A stretch of 64,000 nucleotides of DNA, taken from NCBI GenBank assembly GCA_002104945.1, contig MCFH01000076.1, positions 1-64,000 of the forward strand, read 5' to 3'. This document shows positions 61,404 through 64,000 of the stretch, one piece after another (within the stretch, counting starts at the first letter, position 1; each line of letters starts with the position of its first letter). The notes under the pieces are model-generated. The model was not told the DNA's origin and did not search any database. It saw only the letters and a program-made list of their open reading frames with translations. Both the position numbers and the translations under genes were made by a program. The stretch comes from Piromyces finnis finn (Eukaryota > Fungi > Neocallimastigomycota).

Positions 61404-62049
61404 ATATTTCATTTTTATATTCTGCAAAGATGAAAAATTATAATTTATAAATGCTAAGTAGATTTTATCATTAATTTTGGTAAAAAAATATATATATAAT
61501 AAAGTAATTTTATATATTTTATTTACTATTAATTAATTATATAATTATATATTATTTATTTTTTTATGTATTAATTAAATTATTTGAAAGTATAATTTTA
61601 TTTAATATTATATAAATATATATTTTTTACTACTATTAAAATGTTGTATGTCTTTTCATAATATAAGAAAAAACATTATTAAATAACTTGTATTAAATAA
61701 TAATAAAATATTAATAATAAATATAAAATAATAAATAAACTTATTGTATAAGTATTTATTCATAAAAGTATTAGTGTTATATAAGGTATTATAACAATAA
61801 TATTTAATCATAAAAGATTAAGAGTCTCAATAGTCTCAAGAAAATGTCTAATAATAAAAATAAAATTGCATATTTAAAGAAAAATTAGCAAAAGATTATA
61901 CTTCAAATAATAAAAATAAACAAAATAAAAAGTATATAAAGAAATATCCAGATGTAGTTACAAGACAAAGAAGTAACTACAAGGATATAACACCAAATTT
62001 ATTCAACGTTGATTATAATTCTACATATGAAAAGGAATTAAACAGCGTT

Positions 62050-63197
62050 GTGAAAGTAAAAATTTCAAATAAAAATTATAAAAAGGTTGTAAAATCTAAA
62101 GGAAGCTTTAGTATGTGGATGCTAGATTCAGGAGCATCAGTACACTTTACAAATAATATTAAATTATTACATAAAATTAAAAGGCATAAAGAACCAATTT
62201 ACTACGCAGATGATGAAGTTGGTTATTCCACACATATAGGAAATTTAAAATGTTATTTTAATAAAGAACAAATAATTTTAAATAATGTCCTATATGTTCC
62301 AGATATTAAAAGAAATTTGATATCTATTTCAAATTTTGTTAAAGAAGGCCTTAGTGTAATGGCGACACGGAAAGAATAGATTAGGATATCTATTCTATTA
62401 CAATAACACTAAATTTAAAATAAAAATAAAAATTGTTTTATTAAAAAATATCTTTTATTATAATAGAAATTTATTAATAACAATTACATCAATAAAATGA
62501 TGAAAAATATCTTCTATTTATATTTTTCCTAAATACATTTATATTATATTATAACTATTTATTTCTTATATATTATTATTTAAAATCTACACTAAAATCT
62601 TAATTATTAATAAATATTTAAACTATAACTATTTTTAGTAAAATACAATTGGCAATTCAAATTAAGTACTATTCAATTTGAATATGTGCCCATGTATTAT
62701 TGATATATTAACCATTTATTATTTATATATTATTTATCTATTTCTATGAAAAAAACAATACTAAAACTAGGGATTTAAATTGAGAATTTTAATTTACTTG
62801 TTAAACATTAAAAATAAATTAATAATTTATTTTGTTTTAAACTTTAATTATTAATAAATAAATTATGTCTCATTTTCTTTTTCTGAATATAATTTGTGTA
62901 ACTTAAACAATAATACTTATGGCTTAAGTTACATTAAAGATATCAAGTTGAGGCGTTTGATATCTTTACACTTAGCGTAAATTTTAAAAATATAAATAAT
63001 GCTGCTACAACATTTATTCAAGATAAAAACAAAAATAACAATATGTATCAAGAGAAGATAAACATAATGTATTTAATGTTTATATATCAAAAACTAAATT
63101 ATTTAACTACCATATACAAAATCCAATGCATTGTTATTCTATTAGGAAGTTAAATAATGACGAAAAATTACATCTTTAGCATAGAAGACTAGGTCAT
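62050..63197 (+). pseudogene. Ty1/copia-like pol relic (protease region), interrupted by an M solo LTR
   Basis: WMLDSGASVHFT and VLYVPDIKRNLISIS are typical copia protease-region motifs; frame continues briefly after 62975, then decays. Confidence 0.75.
62355..62970. mobile_element. Solo LTR, family M (616 bp)
   Basis: TG...CA; TSD CTTAG; similar to 35352-35955. Confidence 0.94.
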
Positions 63198-63858
63198 TGT
63201 AAAGATATAAAATATATCTTTAAATTATTTAATAATTAATTAATAATTATTAAATAATAATTTTGATATTTTAATGAAATTTTATGGAATAATTAAATAA
63301 AGATCAATTTTAAAATATCAAAGTTGGAAATAAAATTTGGTTAAATATTTAAATTAATGGATAATTAAATTTAAATATTTTAAATATTCAAATTAAATCT
63401 TAAAAAGTTTTTATTTAATTAAAATTAGTATAATAACTTTAGCGTAGTTTTAAATTAGCATTTCTTAATAGTAGATATATAATAAATAGAATTATTAATA
63501 TTTAATTAATAAAGTAATACATGGACTGTATTCAATTTGTAATTTACTCAAATTGAATCAAAGGTGTATTTAATTAGTTTTAGTTTAGTTTTATTATTTT
63601 ATTATTTAATTAAATGTATAATTAAATAGAACAGTATATTAAAATATATTTTACAAAAAATATAAATACATGTAAAATTTCGTAATTAAAACGATGTGAT
63701 TGTTATTGACTATAATTTAGTTAATAACTAAATAAAAGTTAATAAAAGAGAATTATAAATAAATTTTGTTTTTGTTTTTATTTTTTATTTTATTTTGTGT
63801 TTTTGTTTTATTGTAAAAATTTTATAATCTGTTTTAATTTTTTTATAAAACTTTTACA
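63198..63858 (+). mobile_element. Solo LTR related to family J (661 bp, diverged, opposite orientation to J)
   Basis: TG...CA; TSD GTCAT; reverse-complement similarity to the J LTR. Confidence 0.85.
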
Positions 63859-64000
63859 GTCATTTTCATGCAAAAAGTATTGAAAATAAATTATTAAATA
63901 TAAACATTAAAGATATTTGCGAAACATGTTCATTATCAAAATTAAAAAATCAACCATATTATAGTTCTACTAATAAAAGTACAGAAATACTTCAATTAGT

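Overview
Very AT-rich eukaryotic DNA with no recognisable host protein gene. The composition and fungal-type chromoviruses suggest an anaerobic gut fungus (Neocallimastigomycota), which is inference only. Two identical, divergently oriented tRNA-Arg(UCU) genes (779-852 minus, 61330-61403 plus) bracket a ~60.5-kb nest of Ty3/gypsy LTR retrotransposons. It holds seven two-LTR elements (my labels A, B, C, E, F, H, I autonomous-type; plus non-autonomous J as an eighth) and several solo LTRs, almost all resolvable by target-site duplications (TSDs). H, I, B and E look intact; A, C and F are disrupted by nested insertions. Main result: when later insertions are peeled away, elements end at three fixed distances upstream of the mature tRNA 5' end, on both sides independently: 12 bp (5-bp TSD, repeatedly stacked), 15 bp (4-bp TSD, TGATA-type termini) and 66-67 bp (5-bp TSD). 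This points to a multi-family tRNA-targeted integration system. Seven elements (A, B, C, E, H, I, J) have Tf1-like self-priming PBSs, while F uses a tRNA-Ala PBS. Other notable items: five covarying ~50-nt stem-loops inside J, a tRNA-Gln relic inside the LTR of I, a conserved hairpin before the PPT, and two -1 frameshift signals. A copia-like relic with two solo LTRs lies beyond the right tRNA. All analysis was by eye; family labels are mine.
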